Shown: positions 1 through 10,581 of the stretch, piece after piece
How the letters are laid out: every line of letters begins with the position of its first letter
Numbering within the stretch: the stretch's first letter is position 1
DNA from: an uncultured Chloroflexia bacterium
Lineage (GTDB): Bacteria; Chloroflexota; Limnocylindria; Limnocylindrales; CSP1-4
NCBI GenBank assembly: GCA_963720755.1
Contig: CAVRGP010000015.1
Span: 64,001-128,000, forward strand
Direction of reading: 5' to 3'
Length of the DNA: 64,000 nt
Program-made: the position numbers and the translations under genes
Notes under the pieces: model-generated
What the model was told of the DNA's origin: nothing
The model's input: only the letters and a program-made list of their open reading frames with translations
Database searches by the model: none

Positions 1-365
1 GAGTGCCGGCCAGCCAGATCAAGTCCCAATCATGGTCGATGTCGGGCTATGTCATGACCCGCGTCCGGATGGGCGAGCGGAGCGGGTACACGGTCGGCTG
101 GTGTGACGCGCCGCATTGGGGGATGGTCATCGACGGGCGACTGGCGATCGAATGGGAGGACGACGCCGAGGTTCTCAGCGGCGGCGAGGTGTTCCACTGT
201 CCGGCTGGCCCGCCCGGACACCGGATCGAGGCTGCCGACCCGGCGACCTTCGTGGATTTCACGCCGGTCAGTGCGTTCGATATGGCCCGCATCGCCGACT
301 GGCGTCGCACCCCCGAGGCGGCGTCCGTCGCGACCGCCGAGCGGATCGCCGTCGCGCTCCGCTGA
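1..365 (+). CDS. cupin-like domain protein, probably 5'-truncated by the window edge
   Basis: Cupin-type motifs 'WCDAPHWGMVIDG' and 'GEVFHCPAGPPGH'; the frame is open at the window start. Confidence 0.55.
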   Translation, partial: VPASQIKSQSWSMSGYVMTRVRMGERSGYTVGWCDAPHWGMVIDGRLAIEWEDDAEVLSGGEVFHCPAGPPGHRIEAADPATFVDFTPVSAFDMARIADWRRTPEAASVATAERIAVALR

Positions 366-437
366 CCGGCCAGGGTCAGGCCGGTGGGGTGCCCCGGCGC
401 GGCTGTCGACCGCGTCCGGGAGGCGCCGTCGGTACTC

Positions 438-1154
438 TCAGGCGAAGCCCAGGGCAGCCCGCAGGGCGAGCGCCAGTTCCGGGCCGCGGCCGACCGGGTC
501 GTGGCGGAAGAACACGTAGGCGTCATCGCCGGCCGTGAGGAATGGCTCGATCCGGGCTGCCCAGGCGTCGATCTCCGCGTCCGTGTAATCGAGCTTCCGA
601 AGCCGCAGATACAGGAACGGGCCGGTCCGGCGGATGGCCGGAAGCTCGGCGTCGGGTAGGTCGGTCGCACACAGCGTCGCGCCGACGCTGGCCATCGCCT
701 CGAACGTCTCGTCGACGTGCCACGACGGGTCCGTGAATTCCAGGGTGAGCGGCAGATCGCGGGGCCAGGCCGCCAGCAGCGCCCCCAGCTTTGCGTCATC
801 CCGGCCGATGCCCTCCGGCACGCGGAACAGGACCGTGCCGAGGCGATCCCCGAACGCCCGGTACGGACCGGTCAGCCATGCCACGCTTGCCGGGGGGTCG
901 ACCTGGAGGGCTCGGAACGAACCGCCGCGCTGTGCCTTGATCGAGAAGCGGAAGTCCGGCGGTGTCGCGGCCAGCCAGGTCGCGATCTTGGCCACGGACG
1001 GCGACGCGTAATAGGTGTTGTTCAGCTCGACCGCCGTGAGCCGGTCGGCGTAGGCCACGAGGAGCCGGGATGCGGGCGTGCCGACCGGGTAGAAGCGTGG
1101 GATCCAGCCGCGGTAGGAGAAGCCACTGGTCCCTGTGTACAGGCGGCCGGACAC
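438..1154 (-). CDS. DUF72 family protein
   Basis: 'GTSGFSY..W', 'VELNNTYY', 'FRFSIKA', 'YLRLR' and 'YVFFRH' motifs. Confidence 0.9.
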   Translation of the reverse strand: MSGRLYTGTSGFSYRGWIPRFYPVGTPASRLLVAYADRLTAVELNNTYYASPSVAKIATWLAATPPDFRFSIKAQRGGSFRALQVDPPASVAWLTGPYRAFGDRLGTVLFRVPEGIGRDDAKLGALLAAWPRDLPLTLEFTDPSWHVDETFEAMASVGATLCATDLPDAELPAIRRTGPFLYLRLRKLDYTDAEIDAWAARIEPFLTAGDDAYVFFRHDPVGRGPELALALRAALGFA

Positions 1155-1161
1155 CGACCGA

Positions 1162-1701
1162 TCAGCTGGCCGAGGCGGGATCCGAGAGGTCGACGTCGTC
1201 CGTGATGCAGATCGCTTCCGGGTCGCGGCCGGGACCGGCCCGACGGGCGACCGCGGTCATGGACCGCTCCAGGACGTCGAGGTCCGCCGGATCGAGGACG
1301 CCCAGGAAGTGTTCGTCGATGCCGCGCAGGTGCGTCCGCGACGCCGCCCGAAGGCGAGCGAGGCCGCGATCGGTGAGGACGGCTTCGGCGCCCCGGGCGT
1401 CGGCCATGCAGGCGCTCCGCTCGACGAGGCCGTCGCCGACAAGGCGGTCGATCAGGCGGGTCACGCCGCTCTTGCTGAGAAGGACCTCCTCGGCGAGCTG
1501 GCCCATCCGGATCCGGCGCCCCGTCGCCTGCGCGATGTGGAGCAGCGCGTCGTACTCGGCGAAGGTGATGTCGTGCTCGGCCCGAAGCTCTTCGTCCATC
1601 CGCCGCGCGAGACGGGCATGGGCGATCTGAAAGGCACGCCAGGGCGCCAGGCGTGGATCTTCGGACAGCGGTCGTCGGGCGACCGTCTCGGAAACCGTCA
1701 T
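1162..1701 (-). CDS. MarR family transcriptional regulator
   Basis: Winged HTH 'LAEEVLLSKSGVTRLIDRL..DGLVER' and 'DARG...LTDRG'; divergent from a YceI gene. Confidence 0.93.
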   Translation of the reverse strand: MTVSETVARRPLSEDPRLAPWRAFQIAHARLARRMDEELRAEHDITFAEYDALLHIAQATGRRIRMGQLAEEVLLSKSGVTRLIDRLVGDGLVERSACMADARGAEAVLTDRGLARLRAASRTHLRGIDEHFLGVLDPADLDVLERSMTAVARRAGPGRDPEAICITDDVDLSDPASAS

Positions 1702-1740
1702 GCGCGGATGCTACCACCTCGTCCGGGTCGGGTCCGACAG

Positions 1741-1790
1741 ATAGTTGACACCGCAACTACATGTCGGATATCGTTGCACTGTCAACTATA
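1741..1790. promoter_or_regulatory. tandem palindromic MarR operator sites overlapping a TTGACA -35 element
   Basis: TAGTTG-N6-CAACTA (1742-1759) and TCGTTG-N6-CAACTA (1771-1788); ATAGTTGACA/TGTCAACTAT inverted repeat; lies between marR and yceI. Confidence 0.75.
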
Positions 1791-1833
1791 TCAGGGACCG
1801 GCGCTGCCGGGACCCACAGGAGGCTCCCATCCC

Positions 1834-2373
1834 ATGGCGACATTCGCGATCGATCCGGCGCATACGGACGTTCTCTTCTCAGCCAAGCACATGATGGTCA
1901 CCAACGTCCGCGGCAAGTTCACCGACGTCTCCGGCACGATCCATCTCGACGAAACCGACCCGACGGCATCCACGGCCGACGTTTCGGTCAGGACAGCCAG
2001 CGTCGACACCGGCTTCGGGGCACGCGACACGCACCTTCGATCCGCCGACTTCTTCGACGTCGAGGCGTACCCGGAGATGCGGGTGATCTCGACCGCGATC
2101 CGCCACAAGAACGGCAACGACTACGTGGTCACGGCCGACGTGACGATCCGCGACGTCACCCGGTCGGTCGACTTCGACGTCGAATTCCTCGGCTTCTACC
2201 CGGCCATGGACGGCGCTCGACGGGCCGGCTTTTCCGCTCAGGCGAAGGTCGATCGCAAGGACTGGGGTCTCGACTGGAACGTCGCTCTCGAGGCGGGCGG
2301 CTGGCTGGTCGGCAGCACGATCAGCCTGAACGTCGAGGTCGCCCTCCAGGAGGCCATCGCGATCGCCGCCTGA
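1834..2373 (+). CDS. YceI family lipid/polyisoprenoid-binding protein
   Basis: 'IDPAHT.V.F..KHMMVTNVRGKF', 'RDTHLRSADFFD', 'RKDWGLDWN'; GGAGG RBS upstream of ATG 1834. Confidence 0.93.
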   Translation: MATFAIDPAHTDVLFSAKHMMVTNVRGKFTDVSGTIHLDETDPTASTADVSVRTASVDTGFGARDTHLRSADFFDVEAYPEMRVISTAIRHKNGNDYVVTADVTIRDVTRSVDFDVEFLGFYPAMDGARRAGFSAQAKVDRKDWGLDWNVALEAGGWLVGSTISLNVEVALQEAIAIAA

Positions 2374-2400
2374 CGGCGCCGACCATCCTCGATCGGCGGT

Positions 2401-3637
2401 TCAGGACGCGTCGAAGCGGTAGAGCGTCCCACCGCCATCGAGGACATACAGTTCGCCCGCTTCATCCTCGCCGAATGCGGTGATGTGGAGCGAGGTCGAC
2501 AGGAGCGTGCTCCGTGTGGCCGGTTTCTTGGCCGTGCGCCCGATCGTCCAGATCGTGCCGGAGCAGTAGTCCCCGAAGACGTAGCGGCCGGCCAGCGCGG
2601 GCACTGCGCTGCCTCGATAGGCGTACCCACCGGTCACCGCGCAGCCCTGGCTGTGGCCGTACACGACGAGCGGCGTCTTCTTGCCGGTCCGGTTGCAGCC
2701 GCTGGACGGCTGGTAGCACCTTCCACCTTCCAGCACGTGCCAGCCATAGTTGGCGCCTCGACCCAGGCTCGTGCTGCGCGAGGTTCGCTTGGCGCGGTCG
2801 ATCTCCTCGTACCGGTTCTGGCCGACGTCCCCGATCCAAAGATCGCCGCTGACCCGATCGAACGACCAGCTCCACGGGTTGCGCAGTCCTCGCGACCAGA
2901 TCTCGTTGCGGCCCGGCCGACCGACGTACGGGTTGGACCGTGGGGACCGGTAGGCGTGCTTCGAGGTCACGTGGTTGATGTCGATCCGGAGCATCTTCCC
3001 GAGGAGTGTGTCCAGGCGCTGGGCGCGGTTGCCGGGATCGCCCCCGCTGCCGCCGTCGCCCGTGCCGATGTACAGGTAGCCATCGCGCCCGAACGCGATC
3101 TGGCCGCCATTGTGGTTGGCATACGGTTCGCTGATGGTGATGATCCGCCGCCCGGTCGCCGGATCGGCCACGTCCGCGTTCGACTTCGAGACCTTGTACT
3201 CATTGATCGCCACGGCGCCGTCCGACTTGCGGGTGAAATAGACGTAGAACCGGCCGTTCGACTTGTAGTTCGGGTGGAAGGCCAAGCCAAGAAGGCCCTG
3301 TTCGCCTCCGGTCGCCAGCTTGCCCGCGAGCGACAGGAATGGGGTCGGCAGCATGACGCCCGACTTGATGACCCGGATCTGGCCGCGCTGCTGGACGACG
3401 AACAGTCGGCCCGAGCCGTCGCCCGCGTTGACGACCCGGACGGGGCCGCTCAACCCTGACGCGACCGGGGTCAGGACGACGCCGGCCGCCACGGCCGTCG
3501 TCGAGGGGATGTCGGGCTGGATCGCGGGCATCGCCTTCGTCGCCGCCGGGGCTCCCTGCGCCGCTGAACGCGATGACCAGCAGCAGGGCCGGCAGGAGTC
3601 GTGGGATCCGGAGGAGCGCGGTTCGGTGGGTCGTCAT
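2401..3637 (-). CDS. secreted PQQ-dependent sugar (glucose/sorbosone) dehydrogenase, with a +1 frameshift at about 3550
   Basis: 'EQGLLGLAFHP', 'NHNGGQIAFG.DGYLYIGTGDGG', 'GLRNPW..SFD'; the signal peptide starting at 3637 joins the main frame if one base of the GGGG run at 3548-3551 is removed. Confidence 0.88.
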
Positions 3638-3728
3638 GGCGCGATGATGCGGAGTCAAGACGGAGATGGCAAGGCGGACCATCGGGCCACGCGGATCGAC
3701 ACGTCCCGGCACGACTATCCTGACCGGG

Positions 3729-4625
3729 ATGAGCACGATCGCGGTGAACGGCCGGCGCTACGGCGCCCAGAGCATGTCGTCGCCGCTGCTCGAGGTGCTG
3801 GTCAAGCGTCCCGGATCCTCATTCGGCTCGGCGTTCGACGATCCGGCCCACGGGTTCCTCCACCCGGTCGACCTGGTGGAAGCCCAGCGTGAGCACGATG
3901 CGTTCGTCGAGACGCTGGCGGCGCTCGGCCCGCGGGTCCATCGACTCGATGTCGAGCTTGACTCGCCCGATCTCGTGTATCCGTTCGATCCGTTGCTCAT
4001 CACCGACCGCGGGTCGATCGTCCTCCGACCCGGCAAGCCGAACCGAGCGGCTGAGCCAGCCGCGATCGAGGCCTGGACCCTGGCAGCCGGGATCCCGACG
4101 GCAGGACGGATCGAGGCGCCGGGCACGATCGAGGGTGGTGACACGTTCTGGCTGCGGCCCGACCTGCTGTGTATCGGGCGGACGCTGCGGACGAACGACG
4201 ACGGGGCACGGCAGCTGGCCGGGCTCGTCGGCGGCGATGTCCGGATCTTCGACGTCCCGTTCTGGCGCGGACCCGCCGAACTCATCCATCTCCTGTCGGT
4301 CATCTCGCCGGTCGCCGACGATCTCGCCGTCGTCTATCTGCCATTGCTGCCCGTCGGATTGTGGCGACTGCTGGGCGATCTCGGGATCCGGCTCATCGAG
4401 GTCCCGGACGAGGAGTTCACGACCCTCGGCTGCAACGTGCTGGCGGTCCGCCCCGGCGTCGTCATCCTGGCCGAGGGCAATCCGACGACGCAGGCCCGGC
4501 TGGTCGCCGCGGGCTGCGAGGTCCACACCTATCTTGCGACCGAGGTCGGCATCAACGGATCCGGCGGCCCGACCTGCATGACCCGGCCGATCCTGCGAGA
4601 CGAGATGGGGCCCGTGCGGGTCTGA
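3729..4625 (+). CDS. amidinotransferase superfamily protein (dimethylarginine dimethylaminohydrolase/arginine deiminase-like)
   Basis: 'IEGGD', 'IHL' and C-terminal catalytic Cys in 'GGPTCMTRP'. Confidence 0.88.
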   Translation: MSTIAVNGRRYGAQSMSSPLLEVLVKRPGSSFGSAFDDPAHGFLHPVDLVEAQREHDAFVETLAALGPRVHRLDVELDSPDLVYPFDPLLITDRGSIVLRPGKPNRAAEPAAIEAWTLAAGIPTAGRIEAPGTIEGGDTFWLRPDLLCIGRTLRTNDDGARQLAGLVGGDVRIFDVPFWRGPAELIHLLSVISPVADDLAVVYLPLLPVGLWRLLGDLGIRLIEVPDEEFTTLGCNVLAVRPGVVILAEGNPTTQARLVAAGCEVHTYLATEVGINGSGGPTCMTRPILRDEMGPVRV

Positions 4626-4638
4626 TCCGTGCTCCCGA

Positions 4639-5913
4639 TCAGCCGCCCGGTGCCGACGCGGTCCGGAAGCGGGTCAGGACGAGGGCGGCCGGCACCAGGA
4701 CGACGACCGCTCCCAGGAGCCCGAGGGTCGCATAGCCGGCACCGGCGACGATGATCCCCGAACCGAGGCTGGCGGCGGCCGCCGAGATCCAGATGAGTGC
4801 GTCGGTCAGGCCCGAGACCCTGGTCCGGTCGGCCAGTCCGAGGCCGGTCGTGAGCAGCGCGGAGCCGGCGACGAACCCAAGGTTCCAGCCGTAGCCGAGC
4901 AGGAACAGGGCCGCGAACAGCAGCGCGCCGCCCTCCATCGGGGCGACGGCCGAAAGGATCCCGGCGAAGCCGGTGATCGCAAGTCCCAGGAGGACGACTC
5001 GATGGCTGCCGAATCGGTCGGTCAGGCGTCCCGACAGCGGGGACAGCGCGTACATCCCGAAGGTATGGGCGCTGATGATCAGACCGACCGCGGTCAGATC
5101 GTGGCCGGTGTCGGTCATATGCAACGGCGTCATCGTCATGACCAGGACCATGACCACCTGGACGGTGATCAGGGCCACGATGGCGACCCGGACGTCGGGT
5201 CTCGCGAGGAGCTGGCCGAGGGGCGTCGAGGTGGTCGTATCGTCCGAGCCCGGGTCGGTCCGGTCGGCGAGCCGGTACGGATCGGGTCGCAGCGCGGCGA
5301 AGGTGAGGACGGCGGCCGACCCGACGAAGCACGCGGCGATCAGATAGATACCGGCCAATGACGGGAGGCCGACCGACTGACCGAGCGTATCTGCTCCGCC
5401 CACGAGGTTGGGTCCCACGATGGCGCCGATCGTCGACCCCCAGACCACGAGGCCGATCGCCGAAGCCCGCCTGACCGAGGGGTACAGATCGGCGGCGGCG
5501 TACCGCGACAGCTGGGCGGCGGCGTTGCCGAACCCGATGAGGACGGTCCCGATCAGCAGGACCGGGAACGCGCGGCCGATCACGGCCGTCACCGCGATCA
5601 GGGCGCCGGCGACGCCGATCCCGTAGCCCACCGTCAGCCCGATCCGGCGACCCCGCGTGAGCATCAGCCGAGACAGGAGCGCCGCGCCGGACGCGGCACC
5701 CAACACGGCCGTCGCTCCAGGCGCCCCGCTCAGGAGCGGTGAGCCGGACAGGTCGCGAGCGACGATCGTCCCGATCGTGACCGCCGCGATGTAGCCGACG
5801 CTCCCAAGGGCGACCCCTGAGAACAGGACCCGGACCGTGCGCCGGCGAAGGCTGTCGAGGCGGTCGGGAGCCAGGTCGAGCGGGGCGTCGGCCACGAGCG
5901 GGGTGCCGACCAT
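4639..5913 (-). CDS. MFS transporter
   Basis: About 12 hydrophobic segments, MFS motif 'SGRLTDRFG'; start overlaps the upstream stop (TGATG). Confidence 0.9.
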   Translation of the reverse strand: MVGTPLVADAPLDLAPDRLDSLRRRTVRVLFSGVALGSVGYIAAVTIGTIVARDLSGSPLLSGAPGATAVLGAASGAALLSRLMLTRGRRIGLTVGYGIGVAGALIAVTAVIGRAFPVLLIGTVLIGFGNAAAQLSRYAAADLYPSVRRASAIGLVVWGSTIGAIVGPNLVGGADTLGQSVGLPSLAGIYLIAACFVGSAAVLTFAALRPDPYRLADRTDPGSDDTTTSTPLGQLLARPDVRVAIVALITVQVVMVLVMTMTPLHMTDTGHDLTAVGLIISAHTFGMYALSPLSGRLTDRFGSHRVVLLGLAITGFAGILSAVAPMEGGALLFAALFLLGYGWNLGFVAGSALLTTGLGLADRTRVSGLTDALIWISAAAASLGSGIIVAGAGYATLGLLGAVVVLVPAALVLTRFRTASAPGG

Positions 5914-8900
5914 CAGTCGGTTCGGGTCGTGGCTCGCGCCGCAGCCTGGGTGGCCGCGATCTCCGCATAGCGGCACAGCGCATCCATCATCCGCATCTGC
6001 TCCGGCGTCCGGCAACCGGCATCGAGGAGGGCGGGCTCGGCAACCAGCAGGGCGACGCTTTGCGCCCGCGAGATGGCAACGTCGAGACGGTTGGGCGAGT
6101 ACAGGAAGCTCATGTCCCGCGGTAAATCCTCGCGGCTCGAGCTGGCCATCGAGTAGATCGCAACGACCCCCTCCCGACCCTGGAACTTGTCCACGGTCCC
6201 GACGTTGCCGTGGTCGCCTGTCCGGCGTTCGATCGCGGCCTGGATCTCGGCGACCTGGGCGTTGTACGGGGCGACCACGATGATGTCCGCGAGGGTGAGC
6301 CGCTGATGGGTCCCATCCAGCCGCTGCCAGGTCATCGCCAGCAACCGCTCGACGGCCTCAGCCACCACCTCGGCTTCCTCCGGCGAGCGTGGCCCGTTGC
6401 CGGTGTGTGTCACCGGGATCCAGCGCACGCCCGAGCCGGACAGGATGGGGTCGTCGGCCATCGACGATCCGCCGGGCGTTGTCCGGGTGGGTATCGAGAC
6501 GACCGGCGTAGAACGCGGGCGAGATGAACGCGTCCACGTCGGGATGCAGTCGGCGGGACGTTTCGAGGAACAGACCGCGCTCCGGCGGGACGGTCACCGC
6601 ATCCCCGATGAGGTGCTCGAGCGAGCTCGATCCGGCACCATCGGGATGGACGCCCTGGGTCACCATCTGGAGCTGGTTCGGGTCGCCGATGAGGACGATC
6701 GATCGGGCGCAGGTGCCGATCGCCACGGCATCGGCCAGGGAGATCTGGCTCGCCTCGTCAACGAACACGACATCGACGCCAGCATCGAACTCGCCCCGCG
6801 ACAGGAGCCACGCCGTCCCCGCGACGACATCGACCGTGCCGGCGGCAAGAGCCGCGCTGACGGCGGCGTTGTCGCCGACCCGGGTCACGCCAGGGAGGTG
6901 TCCGGCGTGCTCGTTGTCCTCATCCGCCTTCTGGATCACCCGAACGGCGGCGCCCGTCTCATCGGCAGCGGCCATCAGCGCCTCGAGGAGGTTGCTGACC
7001 GTCTTGTGGGACTGGGCCGTGACCGCCACCGTTTGGCCGGCTCGAACGAGATCGACGATCATCCGGGCGCCGGCGTACGTCTTGCCGGTCCCCGGCGGCC
7101 CCTGGATGGGCAGGACCCCGCCGTCGAGCTCCAGGGCGAGGCGTCTGGCGGCCGCCAGCACATCGGCGTCGGCGGCAGGATCGGTCAGCGGCCCGTCGTC
7201 CCCCGGTCCACGCCGAGGCGGTCGGCGCAGGATCAAGTCACGGACGGAACGATACGACCCGTCACCGTCGATCCCGTCGGCGATGACCGCGTCGGCCACC
7301 CGCAGCAGGGCCTGGCGCTGTGCCCTGGCCTCGATCGGGCCGGGCGGGATCAGGGCGTCCGGGTGCGGCCACGCCGAGTTGCGTGAGCGCTTGAGTTCGA
7401 TCCGTCCCCGGACGTCGTCGATGGCGACGATGGTCCCCGCCGACTTGCCGGTGCCTCGGTCGATCGGCTGGTCGCCCGGATGGAAGCCGTGATCCTGCGG
7501 CTCGAACCGATAGCGCCGATGGACCATCACCCCGACGCCATCCCACGCCTCGTCGAACGCGAGGCCGGCGAGCGCGTCTCGTTCGCCGACCAGCTCCTCG
7601 ACGGTTCGCTTGTCCTTGAGTTCGAAGTACCGCCACCACTGGGCTTTGGCCTCGCGCCGATGCCAGTCGAGCAGGTCGGCCAGCAGCCGGCGTCCCTCCG
7701 CCACGGGCGACCCGTCGTCGGGCGCGAGACCGTCGGTCAGGGCCAGCACTCTGGCCTCGACCTCGCGAAGCCAGTCGGTCAGCGCCGCTGACGTTTCCTG
7801 CGGGGCGGCGACCGGGCGCGTCCAGTCGAGGTCCGGCCAGCGGATCACCGCCTCGGCGCGGCGCTCCTCCAGCCACGCTCGGAGTCGCCAGGTCGAGACG
7901 CAGTCGTCGCGGTTGTAGTCGGCGATGCCCTGGAGGATCGCCGGGTCGCCCTCCTTCAGCCACGTCTCGAAGGCCACGACACTGAACCCGGCATCGGTGA
8001 CCGGTCCCTCGCGGACCGGCATGTAGAACTTCTCGATCTGCTTGAGCGAATAGGACTCGACGGACGCGCGGACTCCCTGCCGGACGACATTGAGGAGATC
8101 GACCAGGACCTCGCCGCGGAGCAATCGATCGACCTCATCGACGCACGTCCCGTGCCGCTGCATCAGGCGCTTGATCGCGCCCGACTCGTAGCCGCCGTAG
8201 TGGTACACGTGCATCTCGGGGTGGACTTCGAGGCGCTCGATGACCAGGCCGATGAACCGCTCGAAGGCGGTCTTCTCGTCTTCCTGCGAAGTGGCCCAGA
8301 TATCGACATAGCGAGGTTCCCCGTCGCTCGCGTCGACGATGCCGAGCAGATATTCCAGCCCGGCGTCGGTCGCCCACGGGTCGGCCTCGATGTCGAAGAA
8401 CAGATCCCAACGGGACGGCTCCGGGAGCGTCCCGAAGCCTCGGCCCGGGTCGGCTGGATCGGGTTCGATGAGTTCGAACACCCGCTCGCCGGTGATGCGT
8501 TCGTGGAGCTGCAGCCGGGCCTGCTCGCGGATCCGGGTCAGTTGTCGGTGCGAGATCCCCTCGATCGAACGGTCGGACGGGAGGGCCGCCAGGTCGGCCA
8601 GCGTCGGCACGCCGCTCGCCATGAGTCGCTCCGTGTCGACTCGTCGGGCTCCGGCCACGAGGGACAGGTGATCGTCCGCGCGGCGCCGGTCCATGCACGC
8701 CGGCAGCCAGCTGCACACCCGGCAGTGGTCGACCGGATCCGGGTAGGTGATGGCGGGCTCGTCGCGCAGGCCGCTCGCCATCCGGGCGTCGAAGCGGGCC
8801 CTGACGAACCGGAAATACGCCGAGAAGTCGTCGGTCCGGTAGGGATGGCTGGTGCCGTCGCCGGTGATGACCGTCAGCAGCTCCGGGGCGACCCCCTGGA

Positions 8901-9399
8901 GGTCCTCCAGGAGCGCGGCATACACGCACATCTGGAGGATGGCTCCAGCCTTGACCGAGCGGGCGAGCTTGGTGTCCGCGATGTCGTAGCTCCAGTCGCC
9001 CAGCGCAGGACTCGGCCGGTCCTCCCGCTTGAACAGGAAGTCCGCGTGCCCGCGCCAGCGTCCATCGAAGAATGTGGCCTGGAAGATGACGTCGGCGCCG
9101 GCCCGCATCGCCTCGTACGTCGTTGCCTGGGCGGTTCGCAAGTCGGCGGGCGTCCGGAGATCCTGCTTGGCGATCTCGACGACGGCCAGGCCCTGTGCGC
9201 GCAGCGTGGCCAGGTAGTCGGCCTCGTGCAGGTCGCCCTTCTGCTGGATCAACTCGATGGTCGGGTCGTCCCGCCGGATCGGCTTGTCCCAGCGCCCCAG
9301 CACGCGCCCGAGTTCCAGGGTCGCCAGGTGATCGCAGGCCAGGAAGCCGACGAGGTCCGTGGCGCTGACGATCACGGTCCCGTCGTCGGCGTGCTGCAC
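5913..9399 (-). CDS. TM0106-family RecB-like nuclease / RNase H-like / SF1B (DNA2/NAM7-like) helicase fusion, with a +1 frameshift at about 6458
   Basis: PD-(D/E)xK-like 'GHADFL...DTKLA', 'FFDIEADP', 'YNRDDC', Walker A 'GPPGTGKT', 'VDEASQ', 'GDPNQL'; remaining helicase motifs 'APYNAQ', 'TVDKFQGRE', 'VAISRA' continue in ORF 5913..6461. Confidence 0.88.
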
Positions 9400-9436
9400 G
9401 CTCGAACCGTACCAGCCGAGGGCGACAGCTAGGCTG

Positions 9437-9988
9437 TCAGTCGACGGTCGTGGGAGTCGGATCGTCCCGGAGGCGCGAGTAGACGACCAGGTCGTGATGG
9501 GCGCCGGCCCGGAACTGGACCTTCCTGAGGACACCGTCGCGGGTGAGGCCGGCCTTCTCGAGCGATCGCTGTTCCGCGATGTTCTCGACATCGGTCGAGG
9601 CCTCGACCCGATAGGTCGAGGTGGTCTCGAAGAGGAGGTCGACCAGGAGAGCCTGAGCCTCGGTCCCGTAGCCCTGGCCGCGTGCCTCCGGAAGCAGCTC
9701 GATACCGAAGTTCAAGACGCCGGACTCCGGGTTCGGGCCGTACCGCTCGACATGCCAGCTGACGGTGCCGATCGGGCGCCCATCGGCGACGACCTCGACG
9801 ATGAGCAGGCCGTTGCGTTCGTTCCTGAGCGGGCCCTTGGCGATGGCTTCGCGGTTGATGGGGTCGTGCAGCATCCCGAAGTCGTTGAATCCGCCGCGCT
9901 CACTGGCCCAGGTGTCGATCATGTCCGCATCGGCCAGCGTGACGTCACGCAGGCGGACTCGGGGAGGGTCGGCGGTCGGTCGTGGCAT
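9437..9988 (-). CDS. GNAT acetyltransferase (RimJ/RimL-like)
   Basis: 'RGQGYGTEA' acetyl-CoA motif and 'NIAEQRSLEKAG...GVLR'. Confidence 0.88.
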   Translation of the reverse strand: MPRPTADPPRVRLRDVTLADADMIDTWASERGGFNDFGMLHDPINREAIAKGPLRNERNGLLIVEVVADGRPIGTVSWHVERYGPNPESGVLNFGIELLPEARGQGYGTEAQALLVDLLFETTSTYRVEASTDVENIAEQRSLEKAGLTRDGVLRKVQFRAGAHHDLVVYSRLRDDPTPTTVD

Positions 9989-10046
9989 GCATCGGGAGTA
10001 TGCCGGAAGGCGGACCGTCGAGGCGCGACGCGGTACGATCGCGCGC

Positions 10047-10505
10047 ATGAGTCCACAGCGCAAGGACGCCGAAGGGCGGCCGCAGACTGCGCATTCCTGG
10101 GAGAGCCTCGTCGAGCGCCAGATCCGCGAGGCGATGGATGGAGGCGCGTTCGAGGGGCTGCCGTACCAGGGCGAGCGGCTGCCGATCGAGGACGACAGCG
10201 CGGCCGGGGAATGGGCCATGGCGCATCACATGCTCAAGAGCGTCGGCGCGGTGCCGCCCTGGATCGAATCGGACAAGGAAGCGCGCCGGCTGCTGGCAGC
10301 GATCGAGCTGACGATCGAGCGCGCCCCCCGCGTCTCGGCCCTCTCCCGAGCCAGGGTCCGGCGCGACTTCGAGACGGCCGTCCACGACGCCAACCGGGCC
10401 ATCGAGCGCGTCAACGCGGAAGCCCCGACCGACCGTCAGCACCGGCGACCCCTCGATCTGGCCGCCCAGGTCGAGCGTCTTGAGCGAGCGTTCGACTCAG
10501 CCTGA
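10047..10505 (+). CDS. DUF1992 domain protein
   Basis: 'LVERQIREAM..GAFEGLP..GE.L' and 'G.VPPWIE' motifs. Confidence 0.85.
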   Translation: MSPQRKDAEGRPQTAHSWESLVERQIREAMDGGAFEGLPYQGERLPIEDDSAAGEWAMAHHMLKSVGAVPPWIESDKEARRLLAAIELTIERAPRVSALSRARVRRDFETAVHDANRAIERVNAEAPTDRQHRRPLDLAAQVERLERAFDSA

Positions 10506-10581
10506 GGGCACGGCCCGCCACAAACGGCCCACAACGTCGCTGGCGGTGCCGTGGCCCGGCCGTGCCGGCGCCTCCATCGCG

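Noticed and set aside
6358-6470. Programmed frameshift in the TM0106 helicase
   Set aside because: No slippery sequence, the break separates essential helicase motifs, and similar indels occur in unrelated genes
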